Source: an uncultured Methanosarcinales archaeon
Lineage (GTDB): Archaea; Halobacteriota; Methanosarcinia; Methanotrichales; Methanotrichaceae
DNA: 64,000 nt
Assembly (NCBI GenBank): GCA_963843555.1
Contig: CAWJKV010000006.1
Span: 50,399 to 114,398, forward strand
Reading direction: 5' to 3'
A model generated the notes under the pieces. That model worked only from the letters and a program-made list of their open reading frames with translations. It ran no database searches and was not told where the DNA came from. The stretch's first letter is position 1. Each line of letters starts with the position of its first letter. Position numbers and translations under genes: made by a program. Positions 11,771 to 20,802 of the stretch are shown piece after piece.

Positions 11771-12385
11771 CTACCTCGTCCAGACCGATCCCGCAAAGCC
11801 TCCTGTCTTGGATGTGGCGACAATCCTGTTGTTGGACTGGATTTGGAGCGTCAAAAGGCCATACTGCATGATGCTGCCTTTGGGGACATCAGTCCAATCC
11901 GCATTTATGGTACTGCCACTGATAGTGCCACGCATTACATTGGACCAGTCTGGAGCGTTGGGATCGTGCTCGCCATACCACCAGATAGTTGTTCCAAACT
12001 GGCGAATATAGTACATGCCGCCGTCATCGCAATTCCAGACGCCGGTCAAGTCTACCGAAGCGACGCCCGTGGAACCTTTAACGCCGGAGTCGCAGCAGTC
12101 GTTCGGAGTGGCAGCGGGAATTCCGTTCTTTAACCAGCACCTGGCGTTTGGTCCCTGCACGCCGGGCTTGACATAAGTGAAGGCCCGGCAATTAGGGTCG
12201 CTATTGCAGGCCTGTTCGCAGAGGCTCGGGTTGGCGCTGCCGAGGTCAAAACTGTTGTAGTCCATCCCAGTACGATCGGTATTCGTTTCAAGAGCAAAGG
12301 ACTCAACAAGAGCAATCGAGACAAAAAAAATAACCGCGATCGCTGACAAGGATACTATCTCTTTCTTCGATCTGTTGAGGATCAT
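11771..12385 (-). CDS. Secreted PAN/Apple-domain protein
   Basis: Signal peptide; DRTGMDY..CEQAC..C.AFTYV...CWLK PAN motif; C-terminal beta domain starting DLTGVW. Confidence 0.85.
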   Translation of the reverse strand: MILNRSKKEIVSLSAIAVIFFVSIALVESFALETNTDRTGMDYNSFDLGSANPSLCEQACNSDPNCRAFTYVKPGVQGPNARCWLKNGIPAATPNDCCDSGVKGSTGVASVDLTGVWNCDDGGMYYIRQFGTTIWWYGEHDPNAPDWSNVMRGTISGSTINADWTDVPKGSIMQYGLLTLQIQSNNRIVATSKTGGFAGSVWTR

Positions 12386-12578
12386 TCTGCAAATCCCTCC
12401 ATGGTATGTTAACACTCTTTTTCTGGGCCCGGTTAGTACTTTAAATTAATTGTTTTTTGAAGAAGTTATAATTCATAAAAGCCTTGTTTGAACTGTTGAT
12501 CAAAGAGGATTCCTATTTGGTCATACCACAAGTTCAGATGCTTGCAGGGACAACGATCGCACTTTCTTCCGGGGTTCC

Positions 12579-12668
12579 GCGAGTCGGCCTGCGGGCCTCC
12601 CGCGCTATGGTTGGGGCGCCGCTCCAGGCCGCGGCCGGCCGAGCGACGGCGGTTAAGCTGCAGACTGA
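12579..12668 (+). repeat. Dispersed repeat family A (mosaic copy)
   Basis: CCGCGAGTCGGCCTGCGGGCCTCCCGCGCTATGGT is identical at 17212; the 3' half reverse-matches about 47900-47936. Confidence 0.8.
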
Positions 12669-12779
12669 GGTACGAGATGCCTGGATGGCATATGCCTCCG
12701 ACGCTGCCGCAGCCCTGACAATTGGGTGGATGCCAATGGACTGCCTCTGCCGCCCAACGAACTAAAAATAGCTTTTTAT

Positions 12780-13090
12780 GGACTCGCCCATGCCGCGCGG
12801 TGGCTCATGCTCATGAGCAGGGGAATGCCATAGAGGATGTCCAGTGATGCCAGAGCGTTGATGCTGTTACCGAGGCCCGAGTTCTGCATGAGCAGGGCAG
12901 GCCTTCAGCCCCACTCATCCAGGCTCCGGCGCACAGGCCCATGCCCACCTCCTCGCGCGTAACGGGTGGACGATATCTGGGTCTTTGCCCACGATGTCCA
13001 GCAGCTCCTGCAGGTTGACGCAGGGGACAGATGTCACGAGGTCTATCTTGGCGCGCTTCGGGCGCGATAGATGGCGAGACAGTGATCCAT
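12780..13090 (-). pseudogene. comD: Sulfopyruvate decarboxylase alpha subunit remnant
   Basis: Across frameshifts: [53 protein letters not shown], then truncated. Confidence 0.8.
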
Positions 13091-13286
13091 TTTTATTCTT
13101 TTCTACCCAGCCTGGTCGAAAAACCTTCTGCAGGCAATTGGCATGATTGGATTCTATAGAGGTCTTCAGAACCGTGTGGTGTTTCATTCCTGTCGGCATA
13201 TTCTATTACTTAACAAGAAACTTTAAATCCTAAAAATAACGCAGTACTAAAAATAGGTATATAGAAAGATATTTAGGATGATATGA

Positions 13287-14145
13287 ATGGCTTTCGTCTT
13301 GATTAAGGGGACCTTTCACGTGAAGGGCTACAGCCCGGACGGCGACTCGATCCGTTTTCTGGCAAAGAATTCTGATAACTGGAAAAAGCTCTCCGGCCCG
13401 GCGGTGGAGCTGAATGCCCGGGGACACGCCCAGCTGCGCATAGAGGCGGTGGATGCCCTGGAGACCCACTACCAGGGATATCATCAGCCGCTCAAGCTGG
13501 CCAAGGCGGCGGGCCGCTATCTTCTCTCATATCTTGGGATTCAAGAGGTGGTCTGGGATGAGTCCCAGACGAGAGTGATCAAGGCAGAGGACGGGACTGA
13601 AGGGTACATCCTGGCCCGCAGCACAGAAGCGAACCGCCGTCCTGTAGCTTTTGTATTTGCTGGCGGGATCGAAGAGAGAGACGGCTCTCTGATCAATCTG
13701 GACGAATCAATCTTGAAGAAGAGCCTCAACTGTGGCCTCATAGCCCGGGGCTTGGCCTATCCAACCTACTATAACGGCCTCTTCTCTGATCTGCGCATTC
13801 CCATGACCAAGGCTATGGCCCACGCCAGGGCAGAGGGAAAGGGTATCTGGCCTTATGATGTGACCACAAAAGGCTTCTCCGTTCCCGACTTAAAGCCGAT
13901 CACAGAAGAGACAGTCATCCTTCCCAAGCTCTTCCGCCGCCTGGTGGACTACATGGGAGATGGAGGGATGATGAATGGCTTCAGGGACCATCTCCTGGCA
14001 AGATGCGAGCCTCTGGTCAGAGTAGCAGCAGGTCCATTTCACAAGGCTGGATGCCGTGGTGGAGGTCAAAGGAGATAAGGTAAGAATGACTGAGTCGCCG
14101 GAGAACCTGATATTTCTGGACAAGGTTCTCTGCAAGAAGAGCTGA
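13287..14145 (+). CDS. Thermonuclease (SNase-like) protein, frameshift near 14025
   Basis: PDGDSIRF, LRIEAVDALETHY, R.VAFVF, GLAYP, A.AEGKGIW. Confidence 0.8.
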
Positions 14146-14236
14146 GGGGCGAGCGGGCGGGATATATCCCTGGTTGGCTGGGAGAGATCCGAAGCCCGGT
14201 CAATCTATTTATCCCAATAACAACATACAATATTCC

Positions 14237-14653
14237 ATGCCCATCCTTCGAGAAGATAAGGACCTGAAAAGCGCCTTTCAGAATTGCCGCACCATCTGCG
14301 TCGTCGGCATCTCGCCCGACCCCTACAAACCCAGCTACTTTGTATCCGATGTGCTGCAGAGCCGCGGCTTCAAGCTCTATTTCGTAAACCCCAATTATGC
14401 TGGCAGGACCATTCTGGGTGAGAAGGTCTATGCCTCCATCCAGGATGTCCCGGATGAGATCGACATTCTGGATGTTTTCCGCAGACCTTCGGCTGTGCCG
14501 GCTCTCGCCGAGGAGGCCAAGAAGAAAGGCTTCAAGGTCTTCTGGATGCAGCCCGGAGCAGAGAGCCCGGAGGCCATAAAGAAGCTGGATAAAGAAGGAT
14601 ACAGCGTGGTCGCGGGAAGGTGCGCCAAGATAGAATCCAGTAGGCTTTTATAA
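14237..14653 (+). CDS. CoA-binding protein (YccU family)
   Basis: ICVVGIS..KPSY..VNP..ILGEKVY..DVFRR..WMQPG..RC. Confidence 0.92.
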   Translation: MPILREDKDLKSAFQNCRTICVVGISPDPYKPSYFVSDVLQSRGFKLYFVNPNYAGRTILGEKVYASIQDVPDEIDILDVFRRPSAVPALAEEAKKKGFKVFWMQPGAESPEAIKKLDKEGYSVVAGRCAKIESSRLL

Positions 14654-14769
14654 AACCATTCTGACAAGATATGGGTGCCAAAATCACCTTCAAGAGAGCA
14701 TCAAAAGATATTTAAGACTCAAACATCCTCAGCAAAAGCTAAATAGCCAGGCCGGCAGTACCCTAATCG

Positions 14770-15640
14770 ATGTTCTCCGGCTGGGATGAGTACCACCTGA
14801 TCAACAGGGAGCTTGCCGAACTGGCGAAGAGCTTGCCCGATTCCCCTTTGGGAGAGATAATCAGCTATGTGCTCTCGGCTCCCGGAAAGAGGGTACGGCC
14901 CCTTATTTTGATCTTCTCTGCCCAGGCTTTGGGTGGATCAGCATCCCAGGCCGTGAATGCGGCTCTAGCCATTGAGCTAGCTCATGCTGCATCCCTGGTG
15001 CATGACGATATTCTGGACTATGGCATAGAGAGAAGGGGCTCGCCGAGTGCCTTGCAGCGCTTCGGGCCCGAGGCCTCCCTCCTGGCGGGCGACTATCTCA
15101 TCTCCCGATCGATCGAGCTGGTTTCGCACTATAGTCAGCCAGTAATCAGCGCTTTTGCCAGGGCCTGCATGGACATGTCCGAAGGAGAACTGATGGACCT
15201 GTCCAGTGCCGTCTCTTCAAATGATTATTACCGGTGTATCTCCAAAAAAACTGCCTCGCTCTTTTCGGCTTCCGCCAAGATGGGAGGCCTCATAGCCGGG
15301 GCATCTGAGGAGGATGCGGCCAGGTTTGAGTGCTACGGAATGCACCTCGGTCTGGGCTATCAAGTTCTCGATGACCTGGAGGAGTTTCTGGGGCTGGATC
15401 AGGGAAAGTCATCCCAAAAGACCTCATTCACTCTTCCACAGAATTTATTCCAGCCAGTACGGGGAAGCTGCTGCAGGGCAGATGTGCATAAAGGTCATCG
15501 AAGACCATAATAGCTGGGCTAAAAGAGCCCTGTTGGAGTCTTCCGGCAGAGAGGATATCAAATCCCGTCTGGAGAGCATCGTTGACGATATGACCTGCCG
15601 GGGATTGCAAAGATGCAGATTGCAGAAAAGCCTCTGCTGA
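14770..15640 (+). CDS. Polyprenyl diphosphate synthase (frameshift near 15435)
   Basis: GKRVRP, HAASLVHDDILD..RRG, KKTASLF, GYQVLDDLEE. Confidence 0.9.
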
Positions 15641-16765
15641 AGATTGAGGCCTCTGCAGATGGCTCCGGCATCCAGCTAACTCGCCCGCGGCCCTGCTGCA
15701 CCGCTGGCAAAGCCGGTCATGGACCGGATCAATAAGATCTTCAATGATGAGAAGCCCATCAGCTCCGGCCCTGACAAATTCATCTTCTCGACCTGGGTTC
15801 CGCCTGCACCAAGCCTTGCTTTCGACCGCATGCTCTCCGCTCAGGTAGGGGCGATGATCCATAGGCCCGTTCCAGACCAATTTTCTATAGCCGTCATGAA
15901 GGCCTGCCCCAATGATTGCATCCACTGCAGCGCGCCATCCCGCCAGGGAGAGATACTGGAGAGCGAGACCGTCAAGAATGCAATCTCCCAGGCTCTGGAT
16001 ATGGGATCGTACCTGATAACCTTCGACGGGGGCGAGCCCATGCTGCGCCGGGACCTGCCGGACCTGGTCACGTCTGTGGACGAGCGGGCCGTGGCCACCG
16101 CTTTCACGAGCGGCTACCATCTCACGCCGGAGCTGGCAAAGCAGCTGAAAGAGGCCGGGCTTTATGCTGTGCGCATCAGCATCGACAGCCCCTTCGAGAA
16201 GGAGCATGACCGGGTGCGTGGCCGCTCTGGGCGCCTTCCAGGATGCCCTCATCCGGCGTTCGGAATGCGCTGGACGCCGGTCTCTTGGTGGACCTCTTCA
16301 TGGTGACCTCTCCGCACAACATCGACCATCTGGAGGAGGCGTTCGTCTGGCTGCCGACTTAGGCGCGCATGAGCTTTCCTTTTACGAGATCGTGGCGGTG
16401 GGACGCTGGGCTGCCCATGAGGACGAGGTGCTGGACGTAGACGATGTGGCAGGCTGGAGCGCTTCCATAAGGAGAAGAATAGAACGAGCGGAGCCGGAGG
16501 ACCCCAGGGTCACAGCTCTCCCCTACTTGCTCGAGCCCGAAGATGTTCGGGTGCTTCGCAGGACGGCGGTGGATTCACGTGGACGGCTCGGGCGAGGCCC
16601 TGCCCTGCGCCTACATGCCCCTGACCTTCGGGAACATCAAAGAAAAGAGTCTGAAGGAGATCTGGAAGGAGATGACGCACATATGGGTGGTTCAAGGGGA
16701 GATGCTCCTGCCAGATGAGGGACCCGAAGTTCAGAGAAGCGCATAAGGGGATTCTGGGGAAATAA
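15613..16765 (+). CDS. Radical SAM/SPASM protein (several frameshifts)
   Basis: CPNDCIHC, GGEPMLR, ISIDS..HDRVRG, GCFAGRRWIHV..G...PC..FGNI; overlaps the end of the prenyl synthase gene. Confidence 0.85.
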
Positions 16766-16774
16766 TTCGAGCAA

Positions 16775-17026
16775 ATGAAACTTAACATTGTCATAGAGAA
16801 AGATGATGAAGGCAGATATGCAGCCGAGTGTCCCGACCTTCCAGGTTGCCTTTCAGAAGGAGAGACCCTGGAAGATGCTCTGGAAAACGTTTTCGAGGCA
16901 ATAATCGGGTGCCTGAAATCCAGGCTCAAAGAACGCAGCAAGCGGCTTAAGATAACTTCATTCGATCGCAGGTTGGACATATTGCTGGATCTGCAAGGCA
17001 ACTCATATGTGCAAGTTTCTATGTAG
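16775..17026 (+). CDS. hicB: HicB family antitoxin
   Basis: YAAECPDLPGCLSEGETLEDALEN. Confidence 0.9.
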   Translation: MKLNIVIEKDDEGRYAAECPDLPGCLSEGETLEDALENVFEAIIGCLKSRLKERSKRLKITSFDRRLDILLDLQGNSYVQVSM

Positions 17027-17211
17027 CATTTCGGCCAAGGCTTGCTGAAGGTCTCTCCAGGCCTCTTGGGGTCGGGCAGCTCATGCCCATACCGGCTCAG
17101 TGACAGCGAGACGCTTGGTGGCAAGTATGGCTATATTGTTAAGATTGGAAAACAGATATAGCTTTTGCAGTTGCAGGAATGGCTTTAAGTCTCGAACATT
17201 CTTTTGGGATG

Positions 17212-17280
17212 CCGCGAGTCGGCCTGCGGGCCTCCCGCGCTATGGTGGTGCGCCCTCAACGCCGGGCAGGCTTGGATACA
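17212..17280 (+). repeat. Dispersed repeat family A
   Basis: 5' part shared with 12579, 3' part shared with 4862. Confidence 0.8.
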
Positions 17281-17424
17281 CTTCCGGGAACGGTTGATAG
17301 ATTGAATTATTGCGCTCGAAGCAGCCGGTGTTTCTTGCTTGAGATCCTCGACCATTGGCCGGAAGGAAGAAATTAAAAAGAATTAAATGGAATGGCAGAA
17401 TACAATTGGATAAAAGGAAGAACA

Positions 17425-17685
17425 ATGTCTGAAGCCATTCGCCTGAAGAGTGTCGGACGCAATTTGGAGAAGCTCCTCGAAGGGCTATCTCTTGGAGAAT
17501 CCATTACCTTGATAGGACCGGAAGGATGCCCTGTAGCCCTGCTTGTATCGCTCAATCCAGGAAATATCGTGAAAAAGCCAGATGTCGATTGGGATTCCAG
17601 GATGGATGACCTGGCCCGAAAGGTGAGCCGTGCCTGGAAGGGTGAACGAAGCGCTGTGGATGTCCTCTCGGAGATGCGAAGGTGA
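17425..17685 (+). CDS. Phd/YefM-like antitoxin
   Basis: L.KLLE.L..GESITL...G.PVALL; GTGA overlap with the PIN gene. Confidence 0.7.
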   Translation: MSEAIRLKSVGRNLEKLLEGLSLGESITLIGPEGCPVALLVSLNPGNIVKKPDVDWDSRMDDLARKVSRAWKGERSAVDVLSEMRR

Positions 17686-18110
17686 AGTGCACTATCGACG
17701 CCAGCGTCTTTGTCGCTTCTGCACGGTACGATGAGCCTCGCTATCTCATAAGCCGAGAGTTCTTGCGAGAGGCACAAGCTTATGAGATCTATTGTCCCTC
17801 ACTCGTCCTGGCAGAATGCGCTGCGGCTATTGCCAGGCAGACTGATGATCCGTCGCTGGCTGAAGAGCTTGTTTGCATAATTAAAGATTTTCCCGGCATC
17901 AATCTCATATCTCTTGATCTCCCGTTAGCCCGAAAGGCTTCAAAGATTGCACCTAAGGAATCGATTGAGAGGTGCTGACGCGGTTTATGCTGCCGTTGCG
18001 GTAGTTTTTGATGCAATACTGATCTCTTGGGATCAGGAGATGCTGAAGCGCTGTCCTCAGACAGTGAAGACAATCTCGCCAGACCAATGGCGCCAATCAC
18101 ATCAGCCTAG
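17682..18110 (+). CDS. vapC: VapC/PIN toxin, frameshifted 3' half
   Basis: TIDASVFV..PSLVLAEC..; LRGADAVYAAVA and LISWDQEM in shifted frames. Confidence 0.8.
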
Positions 18111-18149
18111 CTGAAAAATTCTGTCTTATTATTATGAGGTGGTCCAAGG

Positions 18150-18260
18150 AGGCAATGGGCAATCTCCAACCATATTACGACTTCGATAAGCTGATCGCCA
18201 CAATCGCCATGACCAACAGCGCGGCAGTAGTGACAAGGGATGAGCATTTCCGGAATTATC
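18150..18260 (+). pseudogene. C-terminal fragment of a second VapC/PIN gene
   Basis: DFDKLIATIAMTNSAAVVTRDEHF, running into repeat B. Confidence 0.7.
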
Positions 18261-18289
18261 CCCCGAAGAGGGGTTAGGGGGCCTGCACG
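18244..18289 (+). repeat. Dispersed repeat B
   Basis: GCATTTCCGGAATTATCCCCCGAAGAGGGGTTAGGGGGCCTGCACG; near-identical inverted copy at 48071-48116. Confidence 0.85.
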
Positions 18290-18576
18290 GCCTGATGGCC
18301 ATAGAGCTGAAGCCGCGAGCAACGATTTTGCCTACAATGGCCAGAGGGAGCTCTATTTGCGCTGGCTGGACAGTATGAGCGCCGGCCGGGAGAGAGCCAA
18401 CCATCGGCCAGATATTATGTGGCGAGAATAACCGGGAGCAAGTAGAGCTGTTGAGCTCGACCGGGGCGAGATCTGGGAGGAGATCGACGACAGCATGCCC
18501 CGCGTCTACTTCCTGTAAACGGATTGTTTTCAGTCTATAAACAAAAAGTCAATAGCACGCAAACATAATGCCACGC

Positions 18577-18720
18577 ATGCTCACAGAGTTATTCAAGACT
18601 GAGGAGCGAGCCAGGGCCCTGCGCTAATGTGATGTTTCGCAGTGCCTTCAGCGTGGCCGAGGTCTCAAGGCCGTAGGCGTCACCTGGGCTCGTTTCTCGC
18701 TATTTTCGCTTCCGGGAAAT
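18577..18720 (+). pseudogene. N-terminal remnant of an HTH / minimal nucleotidyltransferase gene
   Basis: MLTELFKTEERARALR.VMFRSAFSVAEVSR..GVT across frameshifts. Confidence 0.5.
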
Positions 18721-18984
18721 GCACAGCCTGCCTCCTGATAGCATGTTTAGAGAAGATGCAGAAGGATTCGAGCCAGCAGGCTGACAGCGAAGTCAATCTG
18801 CCGGTGCTGACGCCCGAAAAGTTTGGCGAGAGATCTCGCTTTGCGGCCCCAATCAATTATCAGATCGCAGGAAGGGATATGACGATAGTGCTTGGGCTGT
18901 CTGTTGTAAAACGCTTTCTTCTTCCAACTCTGCGACGGCGAACGCGTGGTGATATATCATGCACAAAACAGCCTCATTGATAAC

Positions 18985-19380
18985 TCATTTCCAGAATTGC
19001 CACCAATGCTTAAGGCTATCAGCCATCACATATACGGAGCAGCGACCACCCAAACTTTTGTTCCACCACTGACAGTATCTCTCCAGACATACCAATCGTG
19101 TTAGCGGGCAAATCTTTTCAGACATCTTATAACTTCCAACGTTTGGTTGTTGCTTGTATCGCTGCACGGCAGCTACTTCTGGAGAGACTACTGTAATCTC
19201 CGAGGCTTTCTTGGCTTCGGCAAGAGCGCTTTCATCAATCAACGGCTGGTGGCCAGCGGCTGGTGCATTGTCACTGGTTTCTGGCATCTGGTTGCTGGTA
19301 GCTGGCGGCTTGTCGCTGGTGGCTGGCGACAATCCTTCAAAAATCGCGGCTCTGCCTTTGCCGATTGCTTCTTTAGTCAT
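18985..19380 (-). CDS. Putative ParA partner protein (possibly chimeric C-terminus)
   Basis: N-terminal IGKGRAAIF resembles the ParA-stimulating LGRGLxAL motif; repetitive linker; Cys/Trp-rich tail; overlaps the parA stop. Confidence 0.6.
   Translation of the reverse strand: MTKEAIGKGRAAIFEGLSPATSDKPPATSNQMPETSDNAPAAGHQPLIDESALAEAKKASEITVVSPEVAAVQRYKQQPNVGSYKMSEKICPLTRLVCLERYCQWWNKSLGGRCSVYVMADSLKHWWQFWK
19245..19328. repeat. Twelve phased heptads (NCTGGNN)
   Basis: 9 of 12 heptads carry CTGG in the same register. Confidence 0.8.
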
Positions 19381-20134
19381 TCAGAAATTCCTCCGTGAAC
19401 TGTTGGTATGCCCTGGCTCCAAGAGAAAAAGGAGCATAAAGGACGACAGGCTTGCCGAAACTTGGCGCTTCGGCAACACTTATGTTACGTGGGATTGTGG
19501 TCTTGAATACTTGTTCTTTGAATTGCTCATGCATCATGTTAATAGCCTCGCGGCTATGATTGGTTCTAACAACCATAGTAATTAAGAAATGTATCTGCGG
19601 GCGGTGGCCCATGTACTTTTCAACATCATTCATTGTCTGTATCAGATCCGCTGTGCCTTCAAGTGAGCTGTACTCCGCTTGCATAGGCACAATGACCTCA
19701 CTGCAGGCCAACAATCCGTTTAAAGTGAGTACGTTCATGCCCGGCTCGCAGTCGATTATTACAAAATCGTAAGGCTGGTGGCTGGAGGCTGGCAGCTGGT
19801 CTAATAGCCTCTTTAGAATAGATCCGCGGGCATTCTTTCCAACCAGCTCTTCTTTTGCGCCGTCCAGCTCGATGTTTGCAGGAATGATATCCACATTATC
19901 GATAGGGGTGGAGCAGATTATCTCGGAAAGAGGTTTCTCATGCACTAGAGCGTCGTAGATTGTGCTTTTCAATTGCCGTTTATCCAATCCAATTTGGACG
20001 GTAGCTCCTCCTTGAGGATCCAAGTCAACGATTAGTATCCGAAATCCTTTCTGAGCAAGGCAGACCGCCAGGTTGTCAACGGTCGTGGTCTTGGCGGTCC
20101 CTCCTTTACGGTTGATTACCGCGATTATCCTCAT
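19373..20134 (-). CDS. parA: ParA/Soj family ATPase
   Basis: NRKGGTAKTTT, DLDPQG, YDFVIIDCEP, IPRNISVAEAPSFGKP. Confidence 0.93.
   Translation of the reverse strand: MRIIAVINRKGGTAKTTTVDNLAVCLAQKGFRILIVDLDPQGGATVQIGLDKRQLKSTIYDALVHEKPLSEIICSTPIDNVDIIPANIELDGAKEELVGKNARGSILKRLLDQLPASSHQPYDFVIIDCEPGMNVLTLNGLLACSEVIVPMQAEYSSLEGTADLIQTMNDVEKYMGHRPQIHFLITMVVRTNHSREAINMMHEQFKEQVFKTTIPRNISVAEAPSFGKPVVLYAPFSLGARAYQQFTEEFLND
19774..19801. repeat. Four GCTGGNN heptads inside parA
   Basis: GCTGGTG GCTGGAG GCTGGCA GCTGGTC. Confidence 0.8.
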
Positions 20135-20154
20135 TCAGTGTATATAACATCTCA

Positions 20155-20194
20155 ATGATTTAAGAGGCTTTTTGCTGGCATCTGGTAACTGGTC
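20155..20194 (-). promoter_or_regulatory. Probable parA promoter with three adjacent heptads
   Basis: Minus strand AAAAAGCCTCTTAAAT about 25 nt before the ATG; GCTGGCA TCTGGTA ACTGGTC at 20174-20194. Confidence 0.55.
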
Positions 20195-20500
20195 ACATAT
20201 GAAGAGCAGAAGACTGAAAATCCATGCAGAGTACTCTTCTGAACTTGCCAAGCAAGGTACCATGATCGCCTGGCAGCGAGTCCGAAGAATATTCCATTCA
20301 TAACCAGAAAGATGTCCAGGGAAGTCCCTCAGAGCCATGTGACCGAGCATAAGCCTCCAGGGCTGCAGAAAAGATGCCGATCCAGTTGAAATACCGGTCG
20401 ACACCGAAACAGAAGATCCCAAGAATTACCAATAACCTAAATTGCAGGGCGCCCTGCATCCCATGGCAGAAGGCATCGGGAAGCTGGAGGAGATTATCGA

Positions 20501-20620
20501 ATGCAAGTGCCTATCGCAGATAGGATCTCGGAAATGGCGAATGAGAACCGTGAGAGGCTGCATCGGAAACTAGACTCATCTAAAATAGCCCATGACAGTG
20601 GATCTGTGGTGGACACATGA
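20501..20620 (+). CDS. Small hypothetical ORF (39 aa)
   Basis: GGAGG upstream; ATGA overlap with the next gene. Confidence 0.4.
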   Translation: MQVPIADRISEMANENRERLHRKLDSSKIAHDSGSVVDT

Positions 20621-20802
20621 CTGAGCAAAATCGCAAGTATGTAACGAAAGAGATCGGCAAGCTCCTCTCGGATATCTGGCGGATCAAAGGTCTGGCGGAG
20701 CAAGAATACGGCCCACATCACCCCATCACAAAAAAGCTCGCCAGCATGCATACCGATGCTCAGGAATTGCTGCAGGAAAAATCTGGAGCCCCTAATCGGT
20801 AG
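20617..20802 (+). CDS. Small hypothetical helical protein
   Basis: 61 aa, protein-like composition, translationally coupled. Confidence 0.6.
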   Translation: MTEQNRKYVTKEIGKLLSDIWRIKGLAEQEYGPHHPITKKLASMHTDAQELLQEKSGAPNR

